DNA of 64,000 nucleotides from Eledone cirrhosa (Eukaryota): NCBI GenBank assembly GCA_964016885.1, contig OZ024746.1, positions 76,260,001 to 76,324,000 of the forward strand, read 5' to 3'. Shown piece by piece: positions 13,785 to 26,679 of this stretch (position 1 is its first letter; each line of letters starts with the position of its first letter). The notes under the pieces were generated by a model. It saw only the letters and a program-made list of their open reading frames with translations, ran no database searches and was not told where the DNA came from. The position numbers and the translations under genes were made by a program.

Positions 13785-14155
13785 TTAACCCTTTCGATCC
13801 AAAACCCACCACAACTGTCTCTGGTTCTATACTACGAAGCGAGACTAGCCAAGTTCATGGATGTTATCCAACCCTCTCTTTGCCAGGCATTTAGCATAGA
13901 TCTTACCAGGGAGGTTTAACAAGGAGATCTTTCTATAATTGGAGCAATCGCCCTTGTCTTTCTGCTTTAAAGAGTTTATATTTATCTAAACATTTTCCAT
14001 CATCATTTATATAAGAACCTTTGTTAGTTTATGTTCCAAAAACTAGCTTAATAATGAGAAAGTTAGTCATACTCCAAATTCTTGATTATTGTCTAAATTA
14101 TTTGAAAATCGTAAGCAATTTCTTTCATTAGAAATATAGAAAGAAGGAGGTTAAA
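13785..14155. mobile_element. TTAA-flanked MITE (piggyBac-like ends TTAACC...GGTTAA)
   Basis: Same internal sequence recurs at 48061-48316 and 48953-49198 with similar termini. Confidence 0.6.
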
Positions 14156-14271
14156 ATGTTCCTGCAACATCCTCAAATCAACACATTAACTTACTGAGTC
14201 TAAAATCAAAAGAGTTTTGTTTATATATAATGTATCATAATATAATATAATATAATATATAAAAGCCGACC

Positions 14272-14669
14272 TTACCCAATTACACCTCTCAAAGGCAATG
14301 ACACACGACCGTGACTCCTGGCGTCACACAGTAATACAGAGTACCCGACCTCCCATGGGTACAAGCTGAAGCATATAGACAATATGCCCCCACATCCCCC
14401 ACCGCAAGGTGGTCGTGGAGGTGCCATGGCAAAAAAGCACCCAGCCCATACTGTAAAGTGGACGTGTAGGCGCCACGAAAAAGCACCCAGCACTCACTGT
14501 AAATGAGGTTGGTGTTAGGAAGGGCATCCAGCTGTAGAAATCAAGCCAAATCAGTTCCTGTATGAGCAAGGCATGGTCAGCCGACCAGACACTGCCCACA
14601 ACAGGACAACCCGTCTAACCCATGCTAGCGTGGAAGAACGGACGTAAAACGGTGATGATGATGATGATA
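14272..14669 (+). mobile_element. ~400 bp RTE-related non-autonomous element or 3' UTR copy with (GAT)n tail
   Basis: Nearly identical to 31533-31929. 3' part resembles the 3' UTR of the RTE LINE at 35161-35450. Confidence 0.8.
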
Positions 14670-16579
14670 AAATTAAGTATGATACTTAAAATGTTCTTAT
14701 TGTATATCAAGTGGTACATATGTTTTACATTTACATGTAAATATTTTGACTGAGTTCACATGTCTGAGGAGCAGGTCGATGTTGGAGTCAGATCTATCAC
14801 ACCTATGAAGATCTCTGACCAATCATCTGTGAAACTTATGAAATGGTTTAAACTTTTGAAATGTTTGAAATCTAAAGCTCTAAAGTCTGCCTCAAACCCA
14901 GAGGTTCATCAGGCCAGTGCTTATCCTGGTTTACATGGCATGAAACGATTGACAGCACATGACTTCCCCCCTGGAGAAGACGCCAGCCCATCACAGGGTT
15001 AATCCCCCAGCTATTACTGGTACTCATTTTTAGCTGAGTATATTGGAGCAATGCAAAATGAAGTGTTTTTCTCAAGGACACAACACTAAACCCAGTCCAG
15101 GAATCAAACCTATGGCATTATTATCGTAAGTCCAACACCCTCACCACTAAGCTACACGATAACAATATTTTAAAGTGAAACTTCATTATATTATACTTGA
15201 TATATACACTTTGCTATCGCATTGAGTGCTCACATTTGTACCACCTCCAGTAATCAACAAAATTACTAAGTAACCTACATATATATTATTGAGGAATTGT
15301 AGCTTCGATCACTTCTATAGAAAAAACTTTTATAATCTATGTATTAAATTCTCTTTCTCCTAAAAGTAGGCATTGTCATCATCATTTAACATCCATTTTC
15401 CCTGCTAGTAAGCTTGGATAAACAAGTAACTGTGGTACATAATAAAGTAAAGATAAAGAAATTTGTATAAATTTCTTGTTTCTCTGACATAATTCTTAAG
15501 TATCAGCAATTGAATCACATGCTATCATATGCTGCCAATCTTTTAAAATTATTTTTTGTTACAATTAATGTTTTTTGTTTTTATTTTTAATTTCTGGATG
15601 CTTTTAATCCTGTGATTGTATATACAACATATATATTGCTATTATGAATGCTATGTAAAGGTGCTTAGGCTAAATACTGGCCCAGATCAAAAACAAAACA
15701 TGCATAACTTAAGTAAATGATGATTACTTATCATTGCAATTCTTTTATTCTTTTACTCTTTTACTGGTTTCAGTCGATCATATCGACTCCAGTACTTATT
15801 TCATCAATCACAGGCACAGACATAAACATAAATATGAACACACACATACACATACATATACGCATGTACATATGTACATACATACATTCATATAGATAAG
15901 AATTTTATTTCTTACTTATTTGTTATCTAGTTGACTAGTTCTATACTCTAACTACCTTATAATAGCATACTGAATTGTTAGGGCACGAGATTAAGTGCCT
16001 TGGTATTTGCTTTGGCTCTTGGTGAAGGAATCACTAGCACTGGGTTTGTGCAACTTTCTCTTATTCCAGTTGTCACATCTTGGATGTGCAGACAGAGCAG
16101 AATAACAAACAATTTAGCCTCTATGAATGATAGATAAAGTACCAGTCCAGGAGCATGATTGGTGGAATTGTTAAAGTGTTGGATGGGATGTTTTATGGTA
16201 TCTAATCTGGATCTGTATTTTCTGAGTTCAAATCCAGCCATTTTCAGCTAGGAGTTGCAACAGGCAAATAGTATTCCCTTGCAATAGAAGTGACGACCAA
16301 TTGTAATACAGCAACCAGTAGAAAAAGTTATGATGAAGTCAAAACTTTGTCAATGTTTTTCACCTCACCAAAAGATTGAATGAAACACAACAACAATAAT
16401 AAACTGATTATTCAGACTAATGTCCTCATATTGGTTGTTATAATCCCAACATTTCTTCAATTGTCTGTCATAAATGCCTGTCTTTGTCAGCAGCTGCAAA
16501 TAACAAATAAGACACAACAAATAAGCATCCAGCCCACCCTTGCAAGCAGGGAAAAGCGGACGTAAAATGATGATGATGA

Positions 16580-16960
16580 TGATGATTACCCTGTAAAATG
16601 CTCATGTTGGTGAAATGACAAAAAGCACTCAGCCCAACCTGTAAAGTGGTCATGTTAGTGACACAACAAAAAGCACCCAGATTACCCTGTAAAGTGGTCA
16701 TGTTGGTGAAATGACTAAAAGCACCCAAGCCACCCTGTAAAGTGGTTATGTTGGTGACACGGCAAAAAGCACCCAGACCACCCTGTGAACTGGTCATGTT
16801 GGTGACTCGACAGAAAGCACCCTGTCCAACATGTCAGTTGGTCGTGTTGGTGACACAACAAAAAGCACCCAGTCCACACTATAAATGTGACTAGTGTTAG
16901 GAAGGGCATCCAGCTGTAGAAACCAAACCAGAAACAGTTCTATATGAGCAAGACACAGTC
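16580..16960 (+). repeat. ~59 nt tandem repeat x5 inside an RTE-3'UTR-type repeat
   Basis: ccctgtaaagtggtcatgttggtga...aaaagcaccc repeated, ending in aggaagggcatccagctgtagaaa. Confidence 0.75.
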
Positions 16961-19900
16961 ATCTTATCTGATGAAATTACTACAAACTGATTTATTTGGA
17001 CTGATATACTCATGTTGGTTGTTATAGTCACATCTCAACTGTTGTACCTTCTGGGCTGCTTCAGGTTGTATTCAATAATGTTCTTGGAATATTGAACCAT
17101 AACTACCATTCAAACTGCCCGGATAGATTATTTTCATTCTGTTGTCATGCTCAGAATATCCCCAGATTAGTTATTAAATACTTGTGGTATTGCTTGTTTG
17201 TTTCACTTTAACTAGATTATATATTATATATAGATACATTAAACTAAAGACTGAGGCAACATTTAACACTAACCCGACAATAATGTTGACTGTGCCAGAC
17301 ATCTATGCAATAGAAATTAAGAGCTTTAGGCTTAACATTTTAAAACTGTTTTTTACGGTCTTAGCCTTAACATATATATATTTATGAAAGGCTCCCATAT
17401 GGTGTTTATATCTATGCTAGTTCCACTGATGAGGTTATCAGAACTAAGCATCTTATCTATCATCTTGACTTTGTTCCACAAGGGTTGGTGACATCTCTTT
17501 TTTCCCTATACAAAGGGTCAGCCACACCTGGTATCTTAGTTGTCCCATGGATTGCGGCTTTACTTTTAGTGGAGGATGAAGAGGTGAAATATGCTGGTTT
17601 TTAATCATGATGTCAATAGTGTATTTATCATCATTACCATTATCATTATGGTCATTGTTATCATCATTTGATATATGGTTCTTTTTCAATTTTATATCTT
17701 CATGCTGGCAAGGGTTAGGCATATCTCACAGTTCTCTGTTGTTTATCTCAACTAAATACCAAGAATGGAGAGAGGGAAGACAAAGTTGACACTATCAATA
17801 ATTTAAACTTAGATTGCCATAGGGATAAGGCCAGAGTCACAAAAAGACATTTTTCAAGATCAAACAAGAGTGATTTCTCTAATGAGGACAACTTAAAATT
17901 CTAAAGGACTGAAATTTGGAAGTTGAGGGTTAGAGGGGAAAGGAGCACCAGATATCCACAGACTCTGGAGCAAAGTACCAGCTGATTCATTCCCTTATAA
18001 ACCCTGAATAATGCTAATTACTTTAATTCTTAACATTCTGTAATAATTTAGAAAATACTTAAAAACAGGTTTGTTATTTCAAATATCTATAGTATATTTA
18101 CTATATGATAAATTGTTGTGACATTGTGCAATATTAGAATAAAGATTTCAATTTTTAATGTAATGCAGTCTTAGTGCTGCTTGCTACTTTTCAAAACCAC
18201 ATGTAGTTTTATGTGATTCAAATGTTTATAGTATCTTTACTACTGGACAGATCATTCTGAAAATCTGCTGTATTAGGATAAAGAATTTAATTTTAAATGT
18301 GCTGTTTTCAACTTTTCAGAAATGTTTTATATGGTACAGAACAGAAGGCTAGGAGTTAATAATACATTTAGCATGAGATTCTACTATCCAGGCCATCTTT
18401 ACCATTTTGGACATCCATGAAGAAGAACTTTTTTGACATTTATGTTACTCTCTCAAATGCCTTACTGGAGTAACAAAGTAAACTTGCATCAAACCTAAAC
18501 TAGTGTGTCAATTCCCATGATAGTACTTTCTATTTTGCAGTTCCCACCATACTTTAGCATTTAAACCAGTCGTATCTGGCCAGAATTCTCTCGCCTCTTT
18601 CTGTTCAAATTGACCATAACTGGCCACTCATACAAATGTTAAGGTATTGTTCTTAAAATAAATAATATCAAAATCTCATAGATTTTATATTATGGGAGAT
18701 ATTATGCGAGATAAAGCCTTTACCACAAAAATACAATAGTATATATAGAGTAGTGTAAATACTACAAATTACAATATTTAATAAGTATGACCACTATACA
18801 AGTTTATCTTAAGATTCTTAACTAAAAATGTTGTGTTAAGGCCATACCTACTATATCAGTCAAGTTTGCCCTAAACATACATTAGGTTCTGCTGAGATTG
18901 TCTTAATTGGTGACTATCCTTCATATGTTCTAGCTGATAATTCTAATATAAATACTGTATATTATAGTAAAACATGGTAGTATACCTTCTACTAAACACT
19001 TAAGTAAACCATATTCACTAATGATTTTCAGAGCATTGTTTTAACTGACTACTATCGTTTATATACTGTATGCTATATATCGTAAAACACATTCTACAAA
19101 GTAACTAAGTAAACTGCACTCACAGTTCCTGTCTGCCATTTGCATCACAGTGATGTAAACAAACAGCCAGTGGAGCCACCAACTACATGCAGCCAAATAA
19201 TATGAAACAAGTCTACCACATGGCTATAAAAATTGACATCACTTTCCCACCCTAAAAGTTGAAGAATAGTTTTTGAGAATTTTTTTTTAGGCATAAAATG
19301 TCACTTTCATCAGTTAACATCTATTTTTCATTCTGGCAAAGGTTAAACATGTTGCCACAAACCAAATCAGTACTTAGTTGGAGCTACTGACCTCTCAGAC
19401 ATGCTGTGAACCTGCTTATCTCTTACATACATTCCTGCATTCTACATCTAGATGCCCTGATATTATCACAAACCACTTTACAGAGTGCATTTACTGTGTA
19501 GATCATCAAGACTAGAAAAGTTGCTGTGCCTTTTTGACACAACTAAAGAGTCCTTTCAACCCTTTTTGGCAATGTTTCTATGGCTGGAAGCCGTTCTTAG
19601 CTCAAACAACTTCACAGAATGTACTGGGTCCAATTTATCATGGTACCAGCAATAGGGAGGTTGCCGGTCATTGATTTGACTGAAAGCTCCCACCCCCCCT
19701 ACAGAGATAGGAAATATGCCATGGGCAAGGAGCAATGTGTGGGTGGGGTTGGAGACAAATGGGTGTATGATAGGCATGGGGGTGAATTATCATGGGGGTG
19801 TGAGGAAAAGAAGGGAGTGTAGTAATGATGCAAACAACCACTAAAAAAATTAGGACACTCGATTTAAAATTTAAACAAGGTGGAGTTGGTTCCAGGTAGA

Positions 19901-20014
19901 GTATGTAGTAGGATGGGGTGGGAGGTACAGGGATAGTAAGGATTATTGCTATACACCGTAATTTATAATATATCACATATATTTCTTTTCTCTTTTCTTT
20001 ATTTTTTTTTACAG

Positions 20015-20068
20015 CGAATTTGGAGCTAAAGAAAGATGTCTCTCTGGAGAGAGGCAGTTTCGCACTAG
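20015..20068 (+). CDS. Gene B exon 2 (54 nt, putative propeptide)
   Basis: Long polypyrimidine tract + ACAG, G|GTAGGT donor, phase 1/1, open: (A)NLELKKDVSLERGSFAL. Joins exons 1 and 3 in frame. Confidence 0.65.
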
Positions 20069-20188
20069 GTAGGTGAATCTTATTTATCTATGGAAACTGT
20101 TTGTTAAGAATAAATTTGAAAGTTGTGAGTATGTGTACTTGTGTGTGCCTGTATGTATGAGTGTGTGTGTGTGTATGTGTGTATGTGT

Positions 20189-20222
<34 letters not shown>

Positions 20223-20869
20223 ATGTGTGTAGAAGACGGTAAACTTTTTAGGCATTTGTTTTCCAAAGAGGATTATTAATTTGAAAATGCTTTCTTAGAA
20301 TAAGCTCAAAGATCGTGTGTGTGTGTGTGTGGGGGGGGGGGGGGGGTACGCGTATGTGTAAGATTGCCTGTGTGGGGATGTGGAGGTGCATGTATGTCTG
20401 TATGTGGATAGAAATGCTTATGTCTACTTTTTTCCATCTCTAAGAGTAATTTACCAAATTTTCTAAACTATTACTTCTAGTGATCAACTGTTATTAGTTA
20501 TTTCTGCATTTTCAAATTTCTAACAATCCCATTTCGCCCACTAGGCCAAAGAGAGCAAACTGTTCAAGCATGAACTAAACTCATTAGGTTTCTGTTAACA
20601 AGGAAGCTGGTGGTTAACAAGTTGATGGTATTGGAAGTCAGTGGTTAAAATTTTGGTGGTGAGCAAAGTTACTGGTTAACAAGTTGAAAGCTAAAATCAG
20701 ATGCCCGAGAATTTTAACAGAGATGAAAGTGAAGTGATGAAGCTAAAGGTTTAATGTGTACTGTTTTTGATAAAGAGTTTAACATATAGCTGTGACTGAT
20801 TGGTTACAAATGCAAGTATACTAAATTACAGGATGAAAAGTTTATAATTCCGCAGCATTATGTTTATCC

Positions 20870-21477
20870 AGCATAGTTACGTCCCTTTACGTTCTGAGTT
20901 CAAATCATGCCGAGGTTCATTTTGCCTTTCATCCTTACGGGGTCGATAAAATAAAGTACCAGTAATGTACTGGGTAATTGCTGGCCTTGTGCCAAAAGTA
21001 GAAACAATTATGTTTATTAGTTTACTTTTAAATGTGTTCATTGATTTTTGACAGCTATATAGACAATGATAAAAGGTGTAAAAGGAAGTCATTAGAAGTG
21101 ATAATTGTTTCTACTTTTGGCACAAGGCCAGCAATTACCCAGTACATTACTGGTACTTTATTTTATCGACCCCGTAAGGATGAAAGGCAAAGTTAACCTC
21201 GGCGGGATTTGAACTCAGATCATAAAGGGACGTAACTATGCTAGAAAACATGGCGTCCAACCCTCTACCGATACTGCCAATTCACAGGCACAAGACCAGC
21301 AATTTTGGGGGAGGGGAAAGTCGATTAAATCGACACCAGTACGTTACTGGTGCTTTATTTTATCGACCCCGTAAGGATGAAAGGCAAAGTTAACCTCGGC
21401 GGGATTTGAACTCAGATCATAAAGGGACATAACTATGTTAGAAAGCATGGCGTCTGACCCTCTACCGATTCACCACC
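20870..21477. mobile_element. SINE cluster: one + copy and a tandem pair on -, with target-site duplication
   Basis: 20870-21011 is inverted relative to 21101-21244. cattagaagtgataattgtt is duplicated at 21090 and 21477. Confidence 0.85.
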
Positions 21478-22327
21478 ATTAGAAGTGATAATTGTTAGCC
21501 CAGCCATTGGCCAGAGACAGTGGGTAAAAGCTAAGTGACCTGCTGGAATGTGCCTGCAGCTACATCTGTGATTCTGCACCTTACTTTTACAATGCAGTGA
21601 TGGTGAAAGAGGGATTGTGTAAGATCACATTCCAAAACCAAAATGTGCCAGAATTTTCTAAAACATAAATCTATGCTTTGACAAATATTTTTGAGCTGTG
21701 TTGACAGGTCAATTGATTTGTTGAGAACTGCTGACTGTAATGTGTTTCAGCCAAAAATGGAATTTGCCATCCTGGCAACCCATTTCCAAATTGAAAGATA
21801 TTGAGTTCAAACCCTGACAGCAACATATTTTTAGTTATATTTGAAGTCATCCCACCCTTGGAAAGTGCATGAACAGCCTAAAATCTCATCTTCACCATCT
21901 CCTGTTGGTGCATTCCTTTGGAAGAAATTTTGCTTACTCATACTGTTATTGATATATATATACCAAAGGGGGGGGGGTGATTAGAGCATTGGATAGAATA
22001 CTTTGCAGTAATACTATGACTTTCTATGTTCTGAGTTCAAATCCACTGAGCTCAACTTTGCCTTTCACCCTTCCAGAGTCGATAATATAGAGTACCAGTT
22101 AAAGTAGTAGGGTTAATATAATCAACTTTCTGTTCCCCTAAAATGCTAGCCTTTGTACCAAAACTAGAAACCAATATATACCAACAAGTATACAAGTGTG
22201 TAATTGTATACTTTCAAATATTCATATACGCATGAAAGTGAATAATACATGTATCATTTGAAAGCTTGATGAGTGTCAGAACAATTTGTGTGTAAATGTT
22301 TACTGATGAATCTATATATTTGTTCAG

Positions 22328-22533
22328 ATGCAGAGCCACAGATTGGTGTTGTAGCGGCAATTTCAGCAATAGTCACTATTATCGCTATAATCCAAGAAGG
22401 TAGGAAAATGATGAAAAATGTGTCTGTTAAAGACATCATGAAGACACAGATCATTCCCTATCATTGTGATTTGGCCCAATCTTTCGGTAATCTCTCCCGC
22501 ACTGTTTTTGAAGATATGGATAATGAACTAAAG
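22328..22533 (+). CDS. Gene B exon 3
   Basis: tgttcag acceptor, GTGAGA donor, phase 1/0. (D)AEPQIGVVAAISAIVTIIAIIQEGRK...SFGNLSRTVFEDMDNELK. Confidence 0.85.
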
Positions 22534-23133
22534 GTGAGAAGTAAATGATTTGAGTTATTAGAAGATATGAAAATAGCATTTAATCTAGTTATAATACAGC
22601 ATTGTCTTATATAAAGACTTGGTTATAGAAGAAAGTAAATTCTAAAAAAATAAACATGATCTTTTGTTATAACTTCATTTTAACTGTTTCATTTTAGCTT
22701 TAAGGGAGCTATATATTTTATTCTTTATGCAAGGCAAAGTAAAAGAGACAGAGGAAGGAATACACAGGCAGAAGGCTCTGAGCAGTATTAACCCATATCC
22801 AGGCCACTAGGCTTTTAGTCACGAAAGATGTATACCTTAGAACGGGCCATTACTGAACCTTAAATGATCACAGTTTTATCCAAATTTGTATAATTGAGCT
22901 AAATATATAATAATTTCCAGCAATGAATAAATAAATCACTGAACATATTTGCCATGTAGCAGCATTCTGGAATTATCCAAAGAGGTGGAGAGGGTTCTAT
23001 AGTGTTATAATATGTGGGTGAGTGTGGACTGTGTAATTGAAAATGCAAATGTAATTTTCTTAAGTGTGGTGAGAACAAAAAATATAAAAAACTAGGTTTG
23101 TCAAGTTACCAAACTGTAGATTAAAATTATTTT

Positions 23134-23303
23134 ATTTGGGAGTATAAGATTTACTTCGTAGGGCTAACCTACGGTATTAAATACCCAGGCACTGACCTAG
23201 TTACTTCTAAAATCACTATTTGGGAGTATAGGGTGTACTTTGTAGGGCTAACCTATGGCATTAAATACCCAGGCATTGGCCTGGCTACTTCTAAAATCAC
23301 TAT
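23134..23303. repeat. Tandem duplication, ~84 bp x2
   Basis: atttgggagtata...gtagggctaaccta...attaaatacccaggca...cttctaaaatcactatt occurs twice. Confidence 0.85.
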
Positions 23304-23939
23304 TCATTCTTTTCTAGATTTCTCCCAACTACATTTTTTTAATAGATATCCTCATACATGACTAAATTCCAAAGCAACTTAGCAAATTATAAAAGTATCT
23401 TCTTAATATTTCTTACCTCTATTACAAGGCTTCTCAGAGTGGTTCAAATAGACATCTAGGGATGAATAAACTTTTGGCAGAGGTGGATAAAAGGTTAGAT
23501 GTCCACAGAGGGTGAATTTACTAATTTGCATTTATCAACCCTTTTATAATGGAAAAAGAAAAACCACTGGATTATGTAGAATAGCTGCCAGATATTGTAC
23601 ACCTAGCAAAATGCTAACTGATAGCTTACTGATTCTTTTCTCAAGTAAGTTGTATTAAACACTAGTAAATTAGTTATGTTTTGTCATTTTATATTTGCTT
23701 AATTAATTTTCAGGGTGAATACAAATTAAATTTTGTTACTAGGGGTTCATCAAGTAAAACTTTTGAGAAGCCCTGCTGAATTAGTTCTAACATTTAGATC
23801 AAGCAAATGTACCAAGCTAAATTTATTACTTTTCTCGAATTGTTTTCATTTTCAAGCTGTTTGATGAAAGATTATACTCTCTTTAAAGATCAATTAAAAA
23901 AAAAGATCAATATTTATAAAATATATTCTTCTGTTGCAG

Positions 23940-24140
23940 GTTATGATTGGGGCTAGTAAAGCAACCTTAGATAAGCTTCACCAAGAAACAGCAGATAGAG
24001 AAGTGAAATTTGAAGAATACGTATCTAAAATGGTACAGAATCCTTATTTAGAAACTGTGGAAGAGGGAAAACGTTATAAGAAGGAATTCAAAGGATTTGA
24101 ATCATTTGGTTTATCCACCGGTGGTACAGATCGAGCAATT
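23940..24140 (+). CDS. Gene B exon 4
   Basis: ttgcag acceptor, GTAAGT donor, 67 codons VMIGASKATL...MVQNPYLE...GGTDRAI. Confidence 0.9.
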
Positions 24141-25148
24141 GTAAGTTCAAAATTTAAATGATTCATTTTCTCTTCAAACATTTGAAGCTATGTTTTTAAT
24201 GAAATACACTCTATACCCATATGGTTAGTCTACCCCTGTTCTCTAATATTATAAGTTTGAAGTTCTAATTTACAAACTATTTATTCAGTTGCAAATACTA
24301 TATAATGGTGTATGTCAAAATCGTTTTCAGATTTCATCTTTATTCTTATAAGAATGTACTCAGAAAATATTAATGTTCTCCTTTCATGATAGTATATTTA
24401 ATATAACATTTCTTACTCAATGGACAATTCTCTAACCAAATTTCAGATTGATTTCTTACCTTAGTGTTACATCTTAATATAAAGGGCAAGAAATTTAAAT
24501 GTGTTACGTCCATGACTTTCCCCCAAAGGCTTGTGAATATAAGAGAACCTGAAATAGCTGTAAACAATAGCTACATAATCATGAAATTCATACCAGTAAT
24601 ATATGTATATATAGTTTCAAATCATTTCTACAGTATGAATATATTAATACATCCAGTGACAATGTACAGATTTACAACCAGCAAAGAGTACAGTAACACA
24701 TTTAGTATGTAAGTGGAAGTCCACCAAGGCTCAATTCTCAGCTTCCTCCTCCTGTTTATTATATATACCTCAGTTAACTAGAAATGTTTTTAGCTTCAAA
24801 CTTCTGATAACTTCTTCATTAAAGAAAAGAAAATTTTAATACTCAAAGACATTATACTTCTAGAAAGAACTATTAAAACTGACCAAGGACTAAACTATCG
24901 GTAACAAGCTGCTGCTGATTTCTACTGGTGGTACTGGGAATGTTATTGCTAATTTCATCAATCTAGCAATCAGGTTCTGGCCTCAGCCAAGACACATCCA
25001 TGATCTCTTCATTATAAAAAAGAATCTTAAATGCTAATTTATTGAAACTTGCTATTCTGTGAAAAAACTAAAAATTTAAATAAAAACTGTTTTTAATCAC
25101 ATGATAGGGATTTGAGACATTTCTAAATTTATTTCATTTATATTTTAG

Positions 25149-25367
25149 GCTGAGCAAGTCAGATCTTGGTTTATCAACCTGGTTCAAGATAAAGATATTC
25201 TTGACAGCACCCACATAGAAATAGAAGATTTTGTCAACATTGTTTCTGCTTCTGGTGCAGCTGTAGAATGTTTGGCAACACTTTTTTACAAGAAAGTGCT
25301 TGTTCAACGAAGTGTTGTTGATCTTGGTGTTGTACGGTACCCAGATTTGGAACACCCTTTTCTTAAG
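25149..25367 (+). CDS. Gene B exon 5
   Basis: ttttag acceptor, GTATGT donor, 73 codons AEQVRSWFINLVQDKDIL...DLGVVRYPDLEHPFLK, phase 0/0. Confidence 0.9.
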
Positions 25368-25553
25368 GTATGTATTCTTAAATCATTTAATTTCAACAAC
25401 AAAAATCTAGAGCACATTAAATTTCCTTTAAAAATCAGAAAATTCTTAATGATTGGCTTCCCCACCCTGCATTCATGTTATGTTTTGCTATTTGAGGTGA
25501 TCATCAAAGATAACCAAGGACAGGTAATTTGTTGTGAAACTAACTCCATCTCC

Positions 25554-25601
<48 letters not shown>

Positions 25602-26141
25602 GAGATAAGCGGAGCAAGCAAGATTCAAACAATTTTTTAAAATAAATTAAAAAATATAATTTAAATATTTACCTATTCCATTTGCTTTTAGCGATGGTTT
25701 CACCTCACAAAAGATTGGAGATCCCTAGAGACTTCCAATGGAAATGTTCGGATCATCAGAGAGCATTTTCCTTACCTAGGACTCAAGTCCCGGGAACGGC
25801 AAAATATATTGCCATCTGCCAGCTAGCACAATATATATATATAACCTTAGGAAAATTAACTAAGAGAGGACAAGAGAGCGAATGAAAACAAGGTAAAACA
25901 AAAAGCAATTTTTTAAAGATGAAACCTTAAAAAATTATTTTTTGAAAATAAAAATACTAACGAAAGACACAGAACTCCAGTGTCATTGGCCGTTGAGATG
26001 GACTTTGGCAGTTTTGACCCCTACCAATGGTACTGCTGGTCCATCTGGTGTCACAGTGTTTGACACAAGCCAAAGTGCTGTCCAGTGGAGTAAGAGACCA
26101 GACAATACAGTAACTTATAGCAATTAAGCTATGACAATATG

Positions 26142-26176
<35 letters not shown>

Positions 26177-26225
26177 ATGATATTAATAAATTAATAAATG
26201 GAAACTATATTTATAAAACCATATT

Positions 26226-26286
26226 TATTCTATTATGTATATTTCAAAGGTACCAAAACTTTGGTACGTTCTCATCAGATAAAATA
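26226..26286 (-). ncRNA. Mirror copy of the minimal hammerhead motif
   Basis: Reverse complement of 26411-26471 within the left arm of the foldback. Confidence 0.55.
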
Positions 26287-26410
26287 CAAAGTTTGTTTTA
26301 TAAATATTGACATATCCAGGAAGATCTTAACGGTTCAAGTTTTTCCTGGAAAAACTTGAACCATTAAGATCTCCTTCCTGGATATGTCAATATTTATAAA
26401 ACAAACTTTG

Positions 26411-26471
26411 TATTTTATCTGATGAGAACGTACCAAAGTTTTGGTACCTTTGAAATATACATAATAGAATA
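26411..26471 (+). ncRNA. Minimal type I hammerhead ribozyme motif (Penelope-like element type)
   Basis: Stem I tattttat/atagaata; core CTGATGA (26419-26425); stem II gtaccaaa/tttggtac; GAAA (26452-26455); 2-bp stem III with ATAC loop; AUA cleavage triplet ending at 26463. Confidence 0.6.
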
Positions 26472-26679
26472 AATATGGTTTTATAAATATAGTTTCAATT
26501 TATTAATATCATTGATATTATACTCCAGAAAAACTGTCGAGTGCTTAGAATCAGTTATAAATATATATATATTTGTTGAATTACCAACAAATTAAATATT
26601 CCTTTTGCTTATATATACAGGATATATCAAAAAGAATTCTGAAATTGAATGATTCTTCTTAATACATCCTGTATATAAA

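Larger units (their letters stand above)
26171..26518. repeat. ~350 bp near-perfect inverted repeat (foldback), centre at 26347
   Basis: Arms are reverse complements with only a few mismatches or indels. Centre is tttttcc-t-ggaaaaa. Confidence 0.95.

Noticed and set aside
18020-18345. Extra exon candidate in gene B intron 1 (ttttcag...gt)
   Set aside because: Similar sequence recurs at ~38600-38960 and ~46940-47150, so it is a dispersed repeat.
21200-21290. tRNA genes suggested by A/B-box motifs
   Set aside because: These are SINE heads with no cloverleaf structure, attached to the SINE body.
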